Source: a virus. From it: a stretch of 64,000 nucleotides of DNA. This document shows positions 1-9,827 of the stretch, piece by piece; position 1 is the first letter of the stretch, and the number at the start of each line of letters is the position of its first letter. A model generated the notes under the pieces. It saw only the letters and a list, made by a program, of their open reading frames with translations, made no database searches and had not been told where the DNA came from. Location: the IMG/VR virus record IMGVR_UViG_3300042691_027609; one strand, 5' to 3'. Both the position numbers and the translations under genes were made by a program.

Positions 1-2
1 AA

Positions 3-98
3 GATGCTCCACCTCCACCAACAAAACAAGTAGTAAAACCATTCGATACATCAATGTACTCCGATCCAGATTCTATGTACTATAGAGGAGGAGATTAA
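3..98 (+). CDS. 3' end of a hypothetical protein (truncated by the window edge)
   Basis: Frame 3 is open from the window start: DAPPPPTKQVVKPFDTSMYSDPDSMYYRGGD*, ending just before the next ATG. Confidence 0.5.
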   Translation, partial: DAPPPPTKQVVKPFDTSMYSDPDSMYYRGGD

Positions 99-109
99 AA
101 AAAATAACA

Positions 110-238
110 ATGGCAAAAGCAAAAGGCTCGACAATAAGCAACAAAATAACTTTCGGTAAGCGTAAAAAAGGTAAAGCTCAAAAAAGTTTTAATAAAAACG
201 ATCGCAGAGAAAGAAACTATCAAGGACAAGGAAGATAA
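110..238 (+). CDS. 42-aa basic peptide (not in the ORF track)
   Basis: MAKAKGSTISNKITFGKRKKGKAQKSFNKNDRRERNYQGQGR*, with an A-rich start context; fills the intergenic gap. Confidence 0.7.
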   Translation: MAKAKGSTISNKITFGKRKKGKAQKSFNKNDRRERNYQGQGR

Positions 239-251
239 CATATTTATTATT

Positions 252-1754
252 ATGAAAACAATAAGCAAACAATACCAAGACCTATTAGAGGGTAAAATGA
301 GTAGAGGCAACTTCGTTAGAAACTGCCGTCAACAATTTCCTCAATACATCTCTCCAGTTACGTCCATAGATGATGCTATCAAGATTCTTAAAAGCAAGAG
401 AATCATAGCAGAATCAATCTCAGAAAACGCGGATTATAAAGATCCATACGTGAAAGGATATATAGATAACGAAAATGGTCGTTCTCTTGATGATTGCCCG
501 TATGACGAGCGTAGGGCTGCCACATTATGGAAAAATGGTTGGATGGACGCAGAAACTGAAAAACAAATGGATCACGATGAAGAGACGTATAGAAGAGAGA
601 CAGGTGGATACGGAGATCTATATAAAGAATCGTTGAATGAAGCTGAAGAAAAACCATCGGGTAATTGGGAAAAATCAACCGGTAAAGATCAATATGGTCG
701 TTTCAAAGATGTAGACAATGTAAATTATACTACATTTTTAAGAGCCGTTGCTTACGAAGTCGGAAAAACTCCTGATATTAGTGATGATATGATGCCTGCT
801 CTTCTTGAAAAGATAGCTAAGAAAATGAGAAAGGATCCCAATGCATATAGAGAATTGGTGATTGCTAATTATGCTGAAATTGCAAAACAAGACGAATCAT
901 TGAAGATGGTACCCGTAAAAGGTAAAAATCAAAATGACGAGAACAATATGATGGAAAAAATTAAAGGTCAAGAAACGCCAAAAGCGACTCCATCAAAGAC
1001 AGAAAATAAAAAAGGCAAGCCAGAAGGCGTAAAAGAAATGGGAATCACTCCAAAAAAAGCTAAAGGTATCACAGCAGTAATGGATATGCCGGGTAAAGAA
1101 AAAGTATTAGACTCACTTAAAGAATCATTAAAGAAGAGCTTAAAAGAAGATACTCATTACAAATATAATCGAGGATCCAAAGCAGTAACTCCTGAGGGAG
1201 AAGGAACAGTAGTTGAAGTAATGGGAGGAACAGTTACTGTTGAATTCAAAGACGGTAGACAAAAAGATTACCAAGTAAATACGCTTGATCACTTTGAGAA
1301 AAAAGCTACTGAATCCTTCAGACCTGGTGTAGATCTTGGTGCATCGTTTGAAAAATTCAAATCGTCAATGGCTGATGAATCTAAGTTTGAAGATTTGATT
1401 AAGCAATACGATTGGTATGCTGAAATGAGTGATGACTCTAGAAAGTGGGACGCTCAACAAGAAATGGAAAGAGAACTTAAGAGATTAGCAAAAACAATAG
1501 GAAGCGATATGGCAGCTTCAATTTGGAATCAATATGCACCTAAAAATAGAAAAGTGCAAGCTTCTTATTTTGATATGAGAGAGGGTAAAAAAGACAAATT
1601 CTCTAAACTTAAAGAATTTTTGAAAAAAGCTATTAAAGAGAAAAAAGCCGTTATAGTACCAAAAGGCTCCAATGATCAACAAAAATTAGCTGCATTAGCA
1701 AAAGCGGGTATTAACACTAATCCCGGATCTTCTGCAGAAATAATAGAAAAATAA
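252..1754 (+). CDS. Putative prohead core/internal head polyprotein with RMF-like and SH3/Tudor-like segments
   Basis: Directly upstream of the prohead protease; many (L/I)xE sites (LLE, IAE, ISE, LNE, LKE); GY..G.S..CPY..W..GW motif at about aa 65-100. Confidence 0.6.
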   Translation: MKTISKQYQDLLEGKMSRGNFVRNCRQQFPQYISPVTSIDDAIKILKSKRIIAESISENADYKDPYVKGYIDNENGRSLDDCPYDERRAATLWKNGWMDAETEKQMDHDEETYRRETGGYGDLYKESLNEAEEKPSGNWEKSTGKDQYGRFKDVDNVNYTTFLRAVAYEVGKTPDISDDMMPALLEKIAKKMRKDPNAYRELVIANYAEIAKQDESLKMVPVKGKNQNDENNMMEKIKGQETPKATPSKTENKKGKPEGVKEMGITPKKAKGITAVMDMPGKEKVLDSLKESLKKSLKEDTHYKYNRGSKAVTPEGEGTVVEVMGGTVTVEFKDGRQKDYQVNTLDHFEKKATESFRPGVDLGASFEKFKSSMADESKFEDLIKQYDWYAEMSDDSRKWDAQQEMERELKRLAKTIGSDMAASIWNQYAPKNRKVQASYFDMREGKKDKFSKLKEFLKKAIKEKKAVIVPKGSNDQQKLAALAKAGINTNPGSSAEIIEK

Positions 1755-1757
1755 TAA

Positions 1758-2396
1758 ATGGATAAACAACTTCTAATAGAGCATAGCCTATTTACTCCGA
1801 CAAAAAAAGCACTTTCAGAAGGCACAAGAAACGGAGTCGGCAACATGATAGTATCAGGTTTGGTACAAGCATGTGATAAACCCAATGCTAATAAAAGAAT
1901 ATATCCTTATGATACTTTAAAGAGGCAGGTTGATTCGTATATGAAAGGACCTATTTCAGAAAATAGAGCATTAGGAGAATTAGATCATCCCGAATCCTCA
2001 GTTATAAACCTTAAAAATGTTTCGCACAATATAATTAAATTGTGGTGGGACGGAAAAAACCTTTTCGGAGACATAGAAATATTGCCAACCCCATCAGGAA
2101 ACATTCTTAAACAACTGTTTGCAAATAATATAACTGTAGGAATATCGTCAAGAGCGATGGGATCAGTTAGTCCAATCGGCGAAGGTTTGGTACAAGTAGA
2201 AGATGACTTAGAGTTAATTTGTTGGGATTTCGTATCTACGCCTTCCACATACGGTGCATACGTAAGACCAATAGGAGGTAATTCAGGACTTCAAGAATCT
2301 TACAATTACGCAACCCAAATAAATAAATACAACAGAGCCAATAGATTGGTATCAGACATAATCTGTACTATGGGCGGATATTGTTGCGTAAATTAA
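1758..2396 (+). CDS. Prohead core protease (T4 gp21-like)
   Basis: NANKRIYP, ALGELDHP, GISSRAMGS and WDFVSTPS motifs; position in the head module. Confidence 0.93.
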   Translation: MDKQLLIEHSLFTPTKKALSEGTRNGVGNMIVSGLVQACDKPNANKRIYPYDTLKRQVDSYMKGPISENRALGELDHPESSVINLKNVSHNIIKLWWDGKNLFGDIEILPTPSGNILKQLFANNITVGISSRAMGSVSPIGEGLVQVEDDLELICWDFVSTPSTYGAYVRPIGGNSGLQESYNYATQINKYNRANRLVSDIICTMGGYCCVN

Positions 2397-2537
2397 AAAA
2401 TTTTTTACGTATTTTTAGTTTTACGTAAATTTCGTATATTTATTGATACGATGCGTTGATATCTATTGCAACGCTAGATATACAAAAAACTATATTGCTT
2501 TCCCCTACAATAAGCAATTAAAATCCACAAAAACAAG

Positions 2538-3593
2538 ATGGAAGACATTTACAAGCAAGCGCTTTTAGACGCTAAAGCAGTACGTGCTAGTGCTATGGCA
2601 AACGCTAAAGCAAGTCTTCAAGAAGCTTTTGAACCAAAAATTCAAGAGATGATTCGTCTTAAACTTTCTGAAGAACTCGACGAAGAGTTAGATGAAGAAA
2701 AAAACATGGAAGAAGCTGATAACATGGAAGAAGCCGACAAAATGGAAGAAGGCGATAACATGGAAGAAGGCAACATGGAAGAAGGCGATATGGACGAAGC
2801 TTCATTAGAAGAAATCTTAGCTGAGCTCGATGAACTAGCAAAACAAGAAGAGGGTTACCAAGAAGAGGGTGACAACATGGAAGAAGGCGATAACATGGAA
2901 GAAGCTGAAGACGAAGACGAATCTGAAGACGAAGAGTCAGAAGAAGAATCAGAAGAAGAGGCAGAAACCGAAGAAGTTGATGACGATACAAAAATTATCG
3001 ATATCACTTTAGGAGATCTTAAAGCCGTACTCCAATCAATTCAAGGTGGCGGAGACATGGAAATGGGCTCCGAGGAAGGATCTGAAGAAACCGCATCTGA
3101 AGAAGGATCTGACGAAGACGTAACTTTGGGTGAAGTTGACTTAGACGAAATCCTAAATAGCCTCCAAGAAGAGAAAGACAAAGAAAAAGAAGACGCGAAG
3201 AAAGAAGGTAAGAAAATGGAAGAGAAGAAAAAGATGGAAGAAGTTAGAACCAATCTTAATAAAGCTAATAAGACTATCGAAGTTTTAAGAGCTGAATTAA
3301 ATGAGGTGAATCTTCTAAACGCTAAACTTCTTTACATGAATAAAATTTTCAAAGCCAAGAATCTTAGCGAATCTCAAAAAGTAAGTGTGGTTTCTGCTCT
3401 TGATAGAGCGTCAAACGTGAAAGAGGCCAAAAACATTTACGAAACACTAAAAGAGAATATTCAACCGAAAAAATCTCAATTAGTAGAATCAAAAGGCTTC
3501 GCCTCAAAACCAGCAGGCGTAGCTCCTAAAAAGCCTATTATGGAATCCGATGCATTCGTTTCCAGATGGCAAAAAATAGCTGGTATCAAATAA
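2538..3593 (+). CDS. Prohead scaffolding protein (gp22-like)
   Basis: Highly acidic coiled-coil protein between protease and capsid; many xxE sites; C-terminal RWQKIAGIK. Confidence 0.8.
   Translation: MEDIYKQALLDAKAVRASAMANAKASLQEAFEPKIQEMIRLKLSEELDEELDEEKNMEEADNMEEADKMEEGDNMEEGNMEEGDMDEASLEEILAELDELAKQEEGYQEEGDNMEEGDNMEEAEDEDESEDEESEEESEEEAETEEVDDDTKIIDITLGDLKAVLQSIQGGGDMEMGSEEGSEETASEEGSDEDVTLGEVDLDEILNSLQEEKDKEKEDAKKEGKKMEEKKKMEEVRTNLNKANKTIEVLRAELNEVNLLNAKLLYMNKIFKAKNLSESQKVSVVSALDRASNVKEAKNIYETLKENIQPKKSQLVESKGFASKPAGVAPKKPIMESDAFVSRWQKIAGIK
2704..2796 (+). repeat. Imperfect tandem repeat of about 18 nt encoding (N/K)MEE(A/G)D
   Basis: AACATGGAAGAAGG/GC units; further copies at about 2873-2910. 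Confidence 0.8.
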
Positions 3594-3617
3594 TTCAAAA
3601 TAAAAAACATTTAAAAA

Positions 3618-5351
3618 ATGGCAAATTTAGTAAACTCTTTACTTAGCGAGTCAGCAAATTCTGCTTACTCCGACCAGTACAGCGTTGCCAATAAACTTAC
3701 AAAAAAGTGGGCAAAATCTGGTCTGCTTGAAGGTCTCGCTGACCACGATCGCTCTGCGATGGCAGTGATTCTTGAAAATCAAGCAAAACAATTAGTTGTT
3801 GAATCATCCAATACTAACTTCGGTGGTGCAGCCGGTACAGGCGCAACTTTCACAGCTGGTGCTGGTGAACAATGGGCTGGTGTAGCTCTTCCGTTGGTTC
3901 GTAAGATCTTCGGACAAATTGCAGCTAAAGAATTCGTTAGCGTTCAGCCAATGAATCTTCCTGCAGGTCTAGTATTCTTCTTGGACTTCCAATATGGTGG
4001 TGCCAATGGAGTTTCTAATCCTGCTTTCCCTACTAACACTTCTGTTTACGGTGCTCCTTCTACCAACTTTGGTAACGAAGCATCTGGAGGTCTTTATGGT
4101 GGTGGTCAGTTCGGATACTCTCTAAACCTTTTCTCAGCATCTGTATCGTCTTCCAATACACCGGCGATTACCTCAGGTTCTGCTACTTGGGCTGATGTTA
4201 ATTTTGATGCTACTGTATCAGCATCTGTTGTTGCTAGCACAATCACTAGATTGGGTATTCCAACATCTTCTTTGACTTCTGATTGGAATCAATTGGGCGT
4301 ACGCTCTTTTGCTTTATCATCTGCAGCTGGAAATGCAACTCAATTCAATGATAGTAATATTTTGTCAAACTTTACTCAAGTTTCTCAAAGTGCAGCTGGA
4401 ACTTATATCGTATTCTACGTTAATAAAGGTATCGCTTTAGGCGGTGCTAGTAGTGGAACAAATAATAACTATATTGTTAGCTTTAATAAGCAAACTGATT
4501 TTAATTCTCGTGGTGACTTTGAAGATCGTTCAAATACTCCTGCGGTTCCTAATGCGTATAACGCTTCATCTATTGTTATTCCAGAAATCAACGTTGGTAT
4601 GAAGTCTGAGACTATTTCTGCTAAAACTCGTAAGTTAAAAGCACAATGGACTCCAGAATTCGCTCAAGACCTTAATGCTTATCACGCACTTGATGCTGAA
4701 GCTGAATTGACAGGTCTTCTTTCTGAGCACGTTTCTTTAGAAATCGATTTGGAAGTAATGGATATGTTGATTCAAAATGCAGCTACAACTGAATACTGGT
4801 CAGCAAAAGTTGGTGCTACAATCAATGGCGCAACAACTCCAGCAACATACAACGCTGCAACTGCTGCTTCAACTGCGGGTCAATACTACACACAAATGAC
4901 TTGGTTCCAAACTTTGGGTATCAAGCTTCAAAAAGTGTCTAACATTATTCACCAACGTACATTACGCGGTGGCGCTAACTTCATGGTTGTTTCTCCAACT
5001 GTTGCAACTATCTTGGAATCAATTCCTGGATTTGCTGCTGATACAGACGGAGCTGCTGATACAATGAAGTATGCTTTCGGTGTACAGAAGATCGGTGCTC
5101 TTAACAGCCGTTACAAAGTCTATAAGAATCCTTATATGACTGAGAACGTAATCCTTATGGGTTATCGCGGTACAGCATTCCTTGAGTGCGGTGCTGTTTA
5201 CGCTCCTTACGTGCCTTTGATCATGACTCCTCTTGTGTACGATCCTAATACCTTCACTCCAAGAAAAGGTATCATGACTCGTTACGCATTGAAGATGGTT
5301 CGTCCTGAATTCTATGGTCGTGTGATCGTATCCGACACAAACGTTATCTAA
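3618..5351 (+). CDS. Major capsid protein (T4 gp23-like)
   Basis: ILENQ, VSVQPM, AKTRKLKAQWTPEFAQDL, YAPYVPL and GIMTRY motifs; highly biased codon usage. Confidence 0.96.
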   Translation: MANLVNSLLSESANSAYSDQYSVANKLTKKWAKSGLLEGLADHDRSAMAVILENQAKQLVVESSNTNFGGAAGTGATFTAGAGEQWAGVALPLVRKIFGQIAAKEFVSVQPMNLPAGLVFFLDFQYGGANGVSNPAFPTNTSVYGAPSTNFGNEASGGLYGGGQFGYSLNLFSASVSSSNTPAITSGSATWADVNFDATVSASVVASTITRLGIPTSSLTSDWNQLGVRSFALSSAAGNATQFNDSNILSNFTQVSQSAAGTYIVFYVNKGIALGGASSGTNNNYIVSFNKQTDFNSRGDFEDRSNTPAVPNAYNASSIVIPEINVGMKSETISAKTRKLKAQWTPEFAQDLNAYHALDAEAELTGLLSEHVSLEIDLEVMDMLIQNAATTEYWSAKVGATINGATTPATYNAATAASTAGQYYTQMTWFQTLGIKLQKVSNIIHQRTLRGGANFMVVSPTVATILESIPGFAADTDGAADTMKYAFGVQKIGALNSRYKVYKNPYMTENVILMGYRGTAFLECGAVYAPYVPLIMTPLVYDPNTFTPRKGIMTRYALKMVRPEFYGRVIVSDTNVI

Positions 5352-5373
5352 TTTAGTTAGTTAACATAAAAAG

Positions 5374-5402
5374 AAAGGCCCAACTTCGGTTGGGCTTTTT
5401 TT
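5374..5402 (+). terminator. Intrinsic terminator after the capsid gene
   Basis: AAGGCCCAAC-TTCG-GTTGGGCTTT followed by a T run. Confidence 0.9.
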
Positions 5403-5440
5403 ATTCTTGTATGTTCGATATTTATATAAAATAAAGTTGT

Positions 5441-6115
5441 ATGACAGAAAATAATTTTACTGAAAAAAGAAAACCAAAAAACCCAATCAAGTTTTTAATT
5501 CAATTAAATGAAGAGCAGAAACAAGCAAAATCGACAGTTTTAAACAGTAAAATATCTGTTATAAGAGGTCAAGCTGGATCTGGAAAATCATTATTAGCAG
5601 CGCAAGTTGCTCTAGACATGTTGTTTAGTAGAGCTGTGGAAAAAATCATCTTAACAAGACCAGCGGTCACTTCTGGAGAAGAAATCGGTTTTTTACCCGG
5701 TTCGAAAGACGATAAATTGGCTCCGTACACGGCAGCCATATATGATAACATGTATCGTCTTTATCGAAAAGAAGCGATAGACAAGCAATTGGTAGATGGT
5801 CACATTGAAGTTATCCCACTAGCATTTATGAGAGGTCGTAACTTAACTAACTGTTGTGTTGTTGTTGATGAAGGTCAAAATATCACACACAGACAAATGG
5901 AATTGTTGCTAGGTAGAATGTGTAACGGATCAAAAATGATTATTTGCGGAGATACTGCACAGATCGATTTAAAAGATAAAAAAATGTCAGGTTTCAATTT
6001 TATATGTACAAATTTTAAAAACATAGAAGGATTTTCAGTGATACAGTTAAAAACAAATCATAGAGATCCTATAGTAGAAAAAATATTAGAAATATATAAA
6101 GAACACTCTGATTAA
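5441..6115 (+). CDS. phoH: PhoH-family ATPase
   Basis: GQAGSGKS Walker A; LTRP; GFLPG; AFMRGR; DEGQN; GDTAQID. Confidence 0.93.
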   Translation: MTENNFTEKRKPKNPIKFLIQLNEEQKQAKSTVLNSKISVIRGQAGSGKSLLAAQVALDMLFSRAVEKIILTRPAVTSGEEIGFLPGSKDDKLAPYTAAIYDNMYRLYRKEAIDKQLVDGHIEVIPLAFMRGRNLTNCCVVVDEGQNITHRQMELLLGRMCNGSKMIICGDTAQIDLKDKKMSGFNFICTNFKNIEGFSVIQLKTNHRDPIVEKILEIYKEHSD

Positions 6116-6117
6116 CT

Positions 6118-7284
6118 ATGGCAAATCCACTAATATACAATGGGGATCCCGGTCCAATTTACGGAAATACACCGTTTGGATTTTATGATTTTGATGCGCA
6201 GTTCCAAGCAGACGGTCCAAAAGTAGCTAATTACGTTGCTAGAAAATTGGGATATCCTGTTATGGAAGTAGAATTACAAGATCTAAATATATACGCGTGT
6301 TTTGAAGAAGCTGTTGCGGTATATGCAGAGGAGTTATATCAGTTAGCAATAAAAGATAATTTTATAAATCTATTGGGTTCACCAACAGGATCTTCGTTCA
6401 ATAATCAAGTAATAGTGCCAAGCTTGAATAGCATAATAACTTTAGCTGATGGATATGGTACTGAAGCAGGTGTCGGAGGATATACAGAGTGGTATACTGG
6501 TTCTATAGATCTGGTTAGCGGACAACAAGTATACGATTTGCAAAAATGGGGAATAGATGGCGGATATATATCGACTGGAGATAGAGTTGTAGTAAAAAGA
6601 ATATTTTATGAAAGTACTCCAGCGATAAATCAATACTATGATCCTTACATCGGAGGATCAATAAATTATCAAGGCGCATCAGAAAATTTTGGTTGGGCTA
6701 GTTATTCTCCAGGTTTGAATTTTACGTTATTTCCAGTTTACTGGGACATACAAAGAATTCAACAGATCGAAATGTCTAACCAGGTTAGAAGATCTGCATT
6801 TACATTTGAACTAATAAATAATAAACTTAGAATATTCCCAAGACCAGAAGTCGATGGTGTAAAATTACATTTGCAGTATTCTAAGAAAAACGAGATGTCT
6901 AATGCTCTCGCAAATAGTCCGTATAGTGGTAATACGGGATTGATAACAAATCCATCGAATGTTCCATATAATCAAATAGATTACTGCACCGTCAATGCAC
7001 CAGGAAAACAGTGGATATATGAATTCACATTGGCACTCGCGTCAGAATTACTTGGGTTGATAAGAGGCAAATACACAACTGTACCTATACCTGGAGCTGA
7101 AGCGACTCTAAACGGAGCTGATTTGGTTTCTAAAGGTCGCGATATGCAAGAAAAACTTAGAGAAAAATTAAGAGGCGATTTAACAGAGATGAGCAGGCAA
7201 GCTCAATTAGAGAGAAAAAAATCTGAAAACGATTCAATGGCAGATACGTTAAGTAAAGTACCTTTAATGATATATATAGGATAA
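6118..7284 (+). CDS. Neck protein (gp13-like)
   Basis: KLGYPVMEVEL and LIRGKY..IPG..LNG motifs; follows the head genes. Confidence 0.8.
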   Translation: MANPLIYNGDPGPIYGNTPFGFYDFDAQFQADGPKVANYVARKLGYPVMEVELQDLNIYACFEEAVAVYAEELYQLAIKDNFINLLGSPTGSSFNNQVIVPSLNSIITLADGYGTEAGVGGYTEWYTGSIDLVSGQQVYDLQKWGIDGGYISTGDRVVVKRIFYESTPAINQYYDPYIGGSINYQGASENFGWASYSPGLNFTLFPVYWDIQRIQQIEMSNQVRRSAFTFELINNKLRIFPRPEVDGVKLHLQYSKKNEMSNALANSPYSGNTGLITNPSNVPYNQIDYCTVNAPGKQWIYEFTLALASELLGLIRGKYTTVPIPGAEATLNGADLVSKGRDMQEKLREKLRGDLTEMSRQAQLERKKSENDSMADTLSKVPLMIYIG

Positions 7285-7285
7285 T

Positions 7286-7777
7286 ATGGCGCTATTTGGT
7301 TCAACAAGAGATATTAAAACTTTTAAGGGCATATCTAAAGAGCTTTTGGAGAATGTCATATCCCAACAGTGCGGATATTACAAAATCATGCTTAAAGATA
7401 CACCGAAAAACATATACGGAGAATCATCTCAAAAGTTTTATATCGGACCAGTACTGCTTAATTGCTTGATAGAGCGTGGAGATTTTTCTTTCGAGCAAAG
7501 CGAATTTGGACCCGATTCGAAAAGATCAGTTACGTTTAGATTTTTAAAAGATCACTTAGTGACCGCAAATGTAATTCCTGAAGTCGGTGACGTTGTATTC
7601 TACAATGAGTACTACTATCTAGTAGATAATGTTAATGAGAATCAGCTAATATTGGGTAAAGACCCGGACTACACCTATTCGTCTGGATTAGATAACTTTG
7701 GATCATCATATTCTATTATACTAAATTGTCACTTTGCGTCCCCTGATGCTCTGGGCATACAAAAAGAAAGACTATAA
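7286..7777 (+). CDS. Neck/head-closure protein (gp14-like)
   Basis: NIYGE and PEVGDVV motifs; synteny. Confidence 0.65.
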   Translation: MALFGSTRDIKTFKGISKELLENVISQQCGYYKIMLKDTPKNIYGESSQKFYIGPVLLNCLIERGDFSFEQSEFGPDSKRSVTFRFLKDHLVTANVIPEVGDVVFYNEYYYLVDNVNENQLILGKDPDYTYSSGLDNFGSSYSIILNCHFASPDALGIQKERL

Positions 7778-9027
7778 TGGCAAACAAAATAGTTAGACCA
7801 ACCACTCGACAAGAGTTTATGAATAAACTCGTGGTACCGTATGACTTGCAAATTGGTAATACAAACGAAGTGTATTCCGAGAGGGCCACTATAGGTTTAC
7901 CAGAAAATAATAGATCAAAAGAAATATCTCTTCGAGGAGACGAGGATAAAAATTTTAGCGTTGGAATTAAGGATATAAACGAAGCAATAGATTATTATTT
8001 TAGAAATGTTTTAAAACTTTCGGTAATACAGAACAATACAAGGTTGGCAGTTCCAATAATATATGGAACTCCTGAAAATTGGGCATCAGTACAAGCTGAT
8101 GGATATTATAGAGACGGCGCATCAAAATTAATGGCACCTTTATTCATGTATAAAAGAACAAGTATTGCGCAAAATAGAAACTTAGGAAATAAAGTAGACG
8201 GTAATAAAGCTGCTACTATACAATTGTTTCAAAAAACTTTCAATAAAAAAGACGTATACAATAATTTTAATGCACTAAATAGCAGAGCACCAAAAAAAGA
8301 ATACATAGCAGTAGTTACACCCGATTATGTGACGTTAACCTATTCGTGTATTATTTGGACTCATTTTGTAGAGCAGATGGATAAAATTATCGAATCGCTA
8401 AATTACTCTTCTCGATCTTATTGGGGAGATCCAAATAAGTTTCAATTTTACAGCGATATAAGTAGTTTCGAAGACAGCACAACACTAAACGTTGGAGAAG
8501 ACAGATTGGTTAGAACCAATTTTACTTTAACCCTAAACGGATGGCTAATACCAGATTCATTAAACAAATATTTATCTGCGGTTAACAGACAAATAGGAGT
8601 TTCACAGGTGGTCTTTGGATTAGAAGTAGAGTCAACATCAGAAAGATTCGTTGCGTCAACCAAATCGTCAACAGAGAGAAAACTAACAAATGTCATAACT
8701 ACAGATTCCCAAAATATAGTTGTAAATCAAACATCAAACGTGAGCGCAGAAACTTTAACATATTTGAATACAAATAAACAAGTAACAGGAACTTTTGTGA
8801 ACGCAACTACAGCAACTTTCGCGAATGGTTGGTTGACTGCACCTGCAGGTTTAACAACGGATCAAAATAGCTTTACATTTTTCTGTAACGGTCAACTTGT
8901 AGAAAAAACTGCAGTTGTGAGTTTTACAGAATCCGGAGGAGTGTCTACACTTGTCATTAACGCATCAGCGCTTGGATTCTCTTTTAGTAGTACTGACGAA
9001 ATAATTGCTATAGGTAAATTTAGTTGA
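7777..9027 (+). CDS. Tail terminator/sheath stabiliser (gp15-like) with a C-terminal beta-rich extension
   Basis: VPIIYG.PE.W and FTLTLNGWL motifs; synteny. Confidence 0.65.
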   Translation: MANKIVRPTTRQEFMNKLVVPYDLQIGNTNEVYSERATIGLPENNRSKEISLRGDEDKNFSVGIKDINEAIDYYFRNVLKLSVIQNNTRLAVPIIYGTPENWASVQADGYYRDGASKLMAPLFMYKRTSIAQNRNLGNKVDGNKAATIQLFQKTFNKKDVYNNFNALNSRAPKKEYIAVVTPDYVTLTYSCIIWTHFVEQMDKIIESLNYSSRSYWGDPNKFQFYSDISSFEDSTTLNVGEDRLVRTNFTLTLNGWLIPDSLNKYLSAVNRQIGVSQVVFGLEVESTSERFVASTKSSTERKLTNVITTDSQNIVVNQTSNVSAETLTYLNTNKQVTGTFVNATTATFANGWLTAPAGLTTDQNSFTFFCNGQLVEKTAVVSFTESGGVSTLVINASALGFSFSSTDEIIAIGKFS

Positions 9028-9031
9028 TAAT

Positions 9032-9817
9032 ATGTCGATAATAAACACGAAACAAATAAACAGTCCACTAAATATAACGGGTTCGTTATTTGGAACTTCT
9101 AGTTGGGCAGAATATGTCGTAAACGGTGGATCAGGCGCCGGTTTTCCATACACTGGAAACGCAGTAATATCAGGAAGCTTATTGGTTTCTGGTAGTGGAA
9201 TAACTGTAACAGGATCATTGAGTTCTGCGAATATAACAGGCAGCTTAAGAGGAACAGCAAGTTTCGCAACAACAGCGTCACACGCTTTAAACGGAGGAGT
9301 AACGGCAATAACTGCAGGAACTGGAATAAGCAGAAACGTAGCGACCGGAAACGTAACGATAACTAATACTGCTCCCGATCAAGTTGTATCATTAGGAAGT
9401 GGCACTGGAATTAGCGTATCAGGAACATATCCAAGTTTTACCATAACAAATACTTTGCCCGGAATCGCACCTGATTGGGATGCATACTATAATGTCGCAA
9501 TAGATGATTATTTTAGTGAAGATCTTTTGCAAGACGTGTACGATGTAGTAATAATAAAAGATACTTTCAACAATATAACTTTGGATAGATTAGGTAGAGG
9601 TATATATAGATTAACTTGCGCGCAAGCTATATTTAAAGGAGATGCTACTTTCGTGACAATAACGGTTGGAATGAGGGTGTATGACAACCCAGCAGTGGGT
9701 ATACTCGTACCAAATTCAACTACACAATGTTACGTATATATTATAGATCCAGCAACAAAAAACCCTATTGGAGATGACATATCGCAAACAATGATAGAAA
9801 TTAAGACACACAACTAA
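9032..9817 (+). CDS. Short fibre/virion structural protein
   Basis: TGSL/GTASW and AGTGIS repeats; shares a segment with the C-terminal part of the 10186 protein. Confidence 0.6.
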   Translation: MSIINTKQINSPLNITGSLFGTSSWAEYVVNGGSGAGFPYTGNAVISGSLLVSGSGITVTGSLSSANITGSLRGTASFATTASHALNGGVTAITAGTGISRNVATGNVTITNTAPDQVVSLGSGTGISVSGTYPSFTITNTLPGIAPDWDAYYNVAIDDYFSEDLLQDVYDVVIIKDTFNNITLDRLGRGIYRLTCAQAIFKGDATFVTITVGMRVYDNPAVGILVPNSTTQCYVYIIDPATKNPIGDDISQTMIEIKTHN

Positions 9818-9827
9818 ATTGATTATA

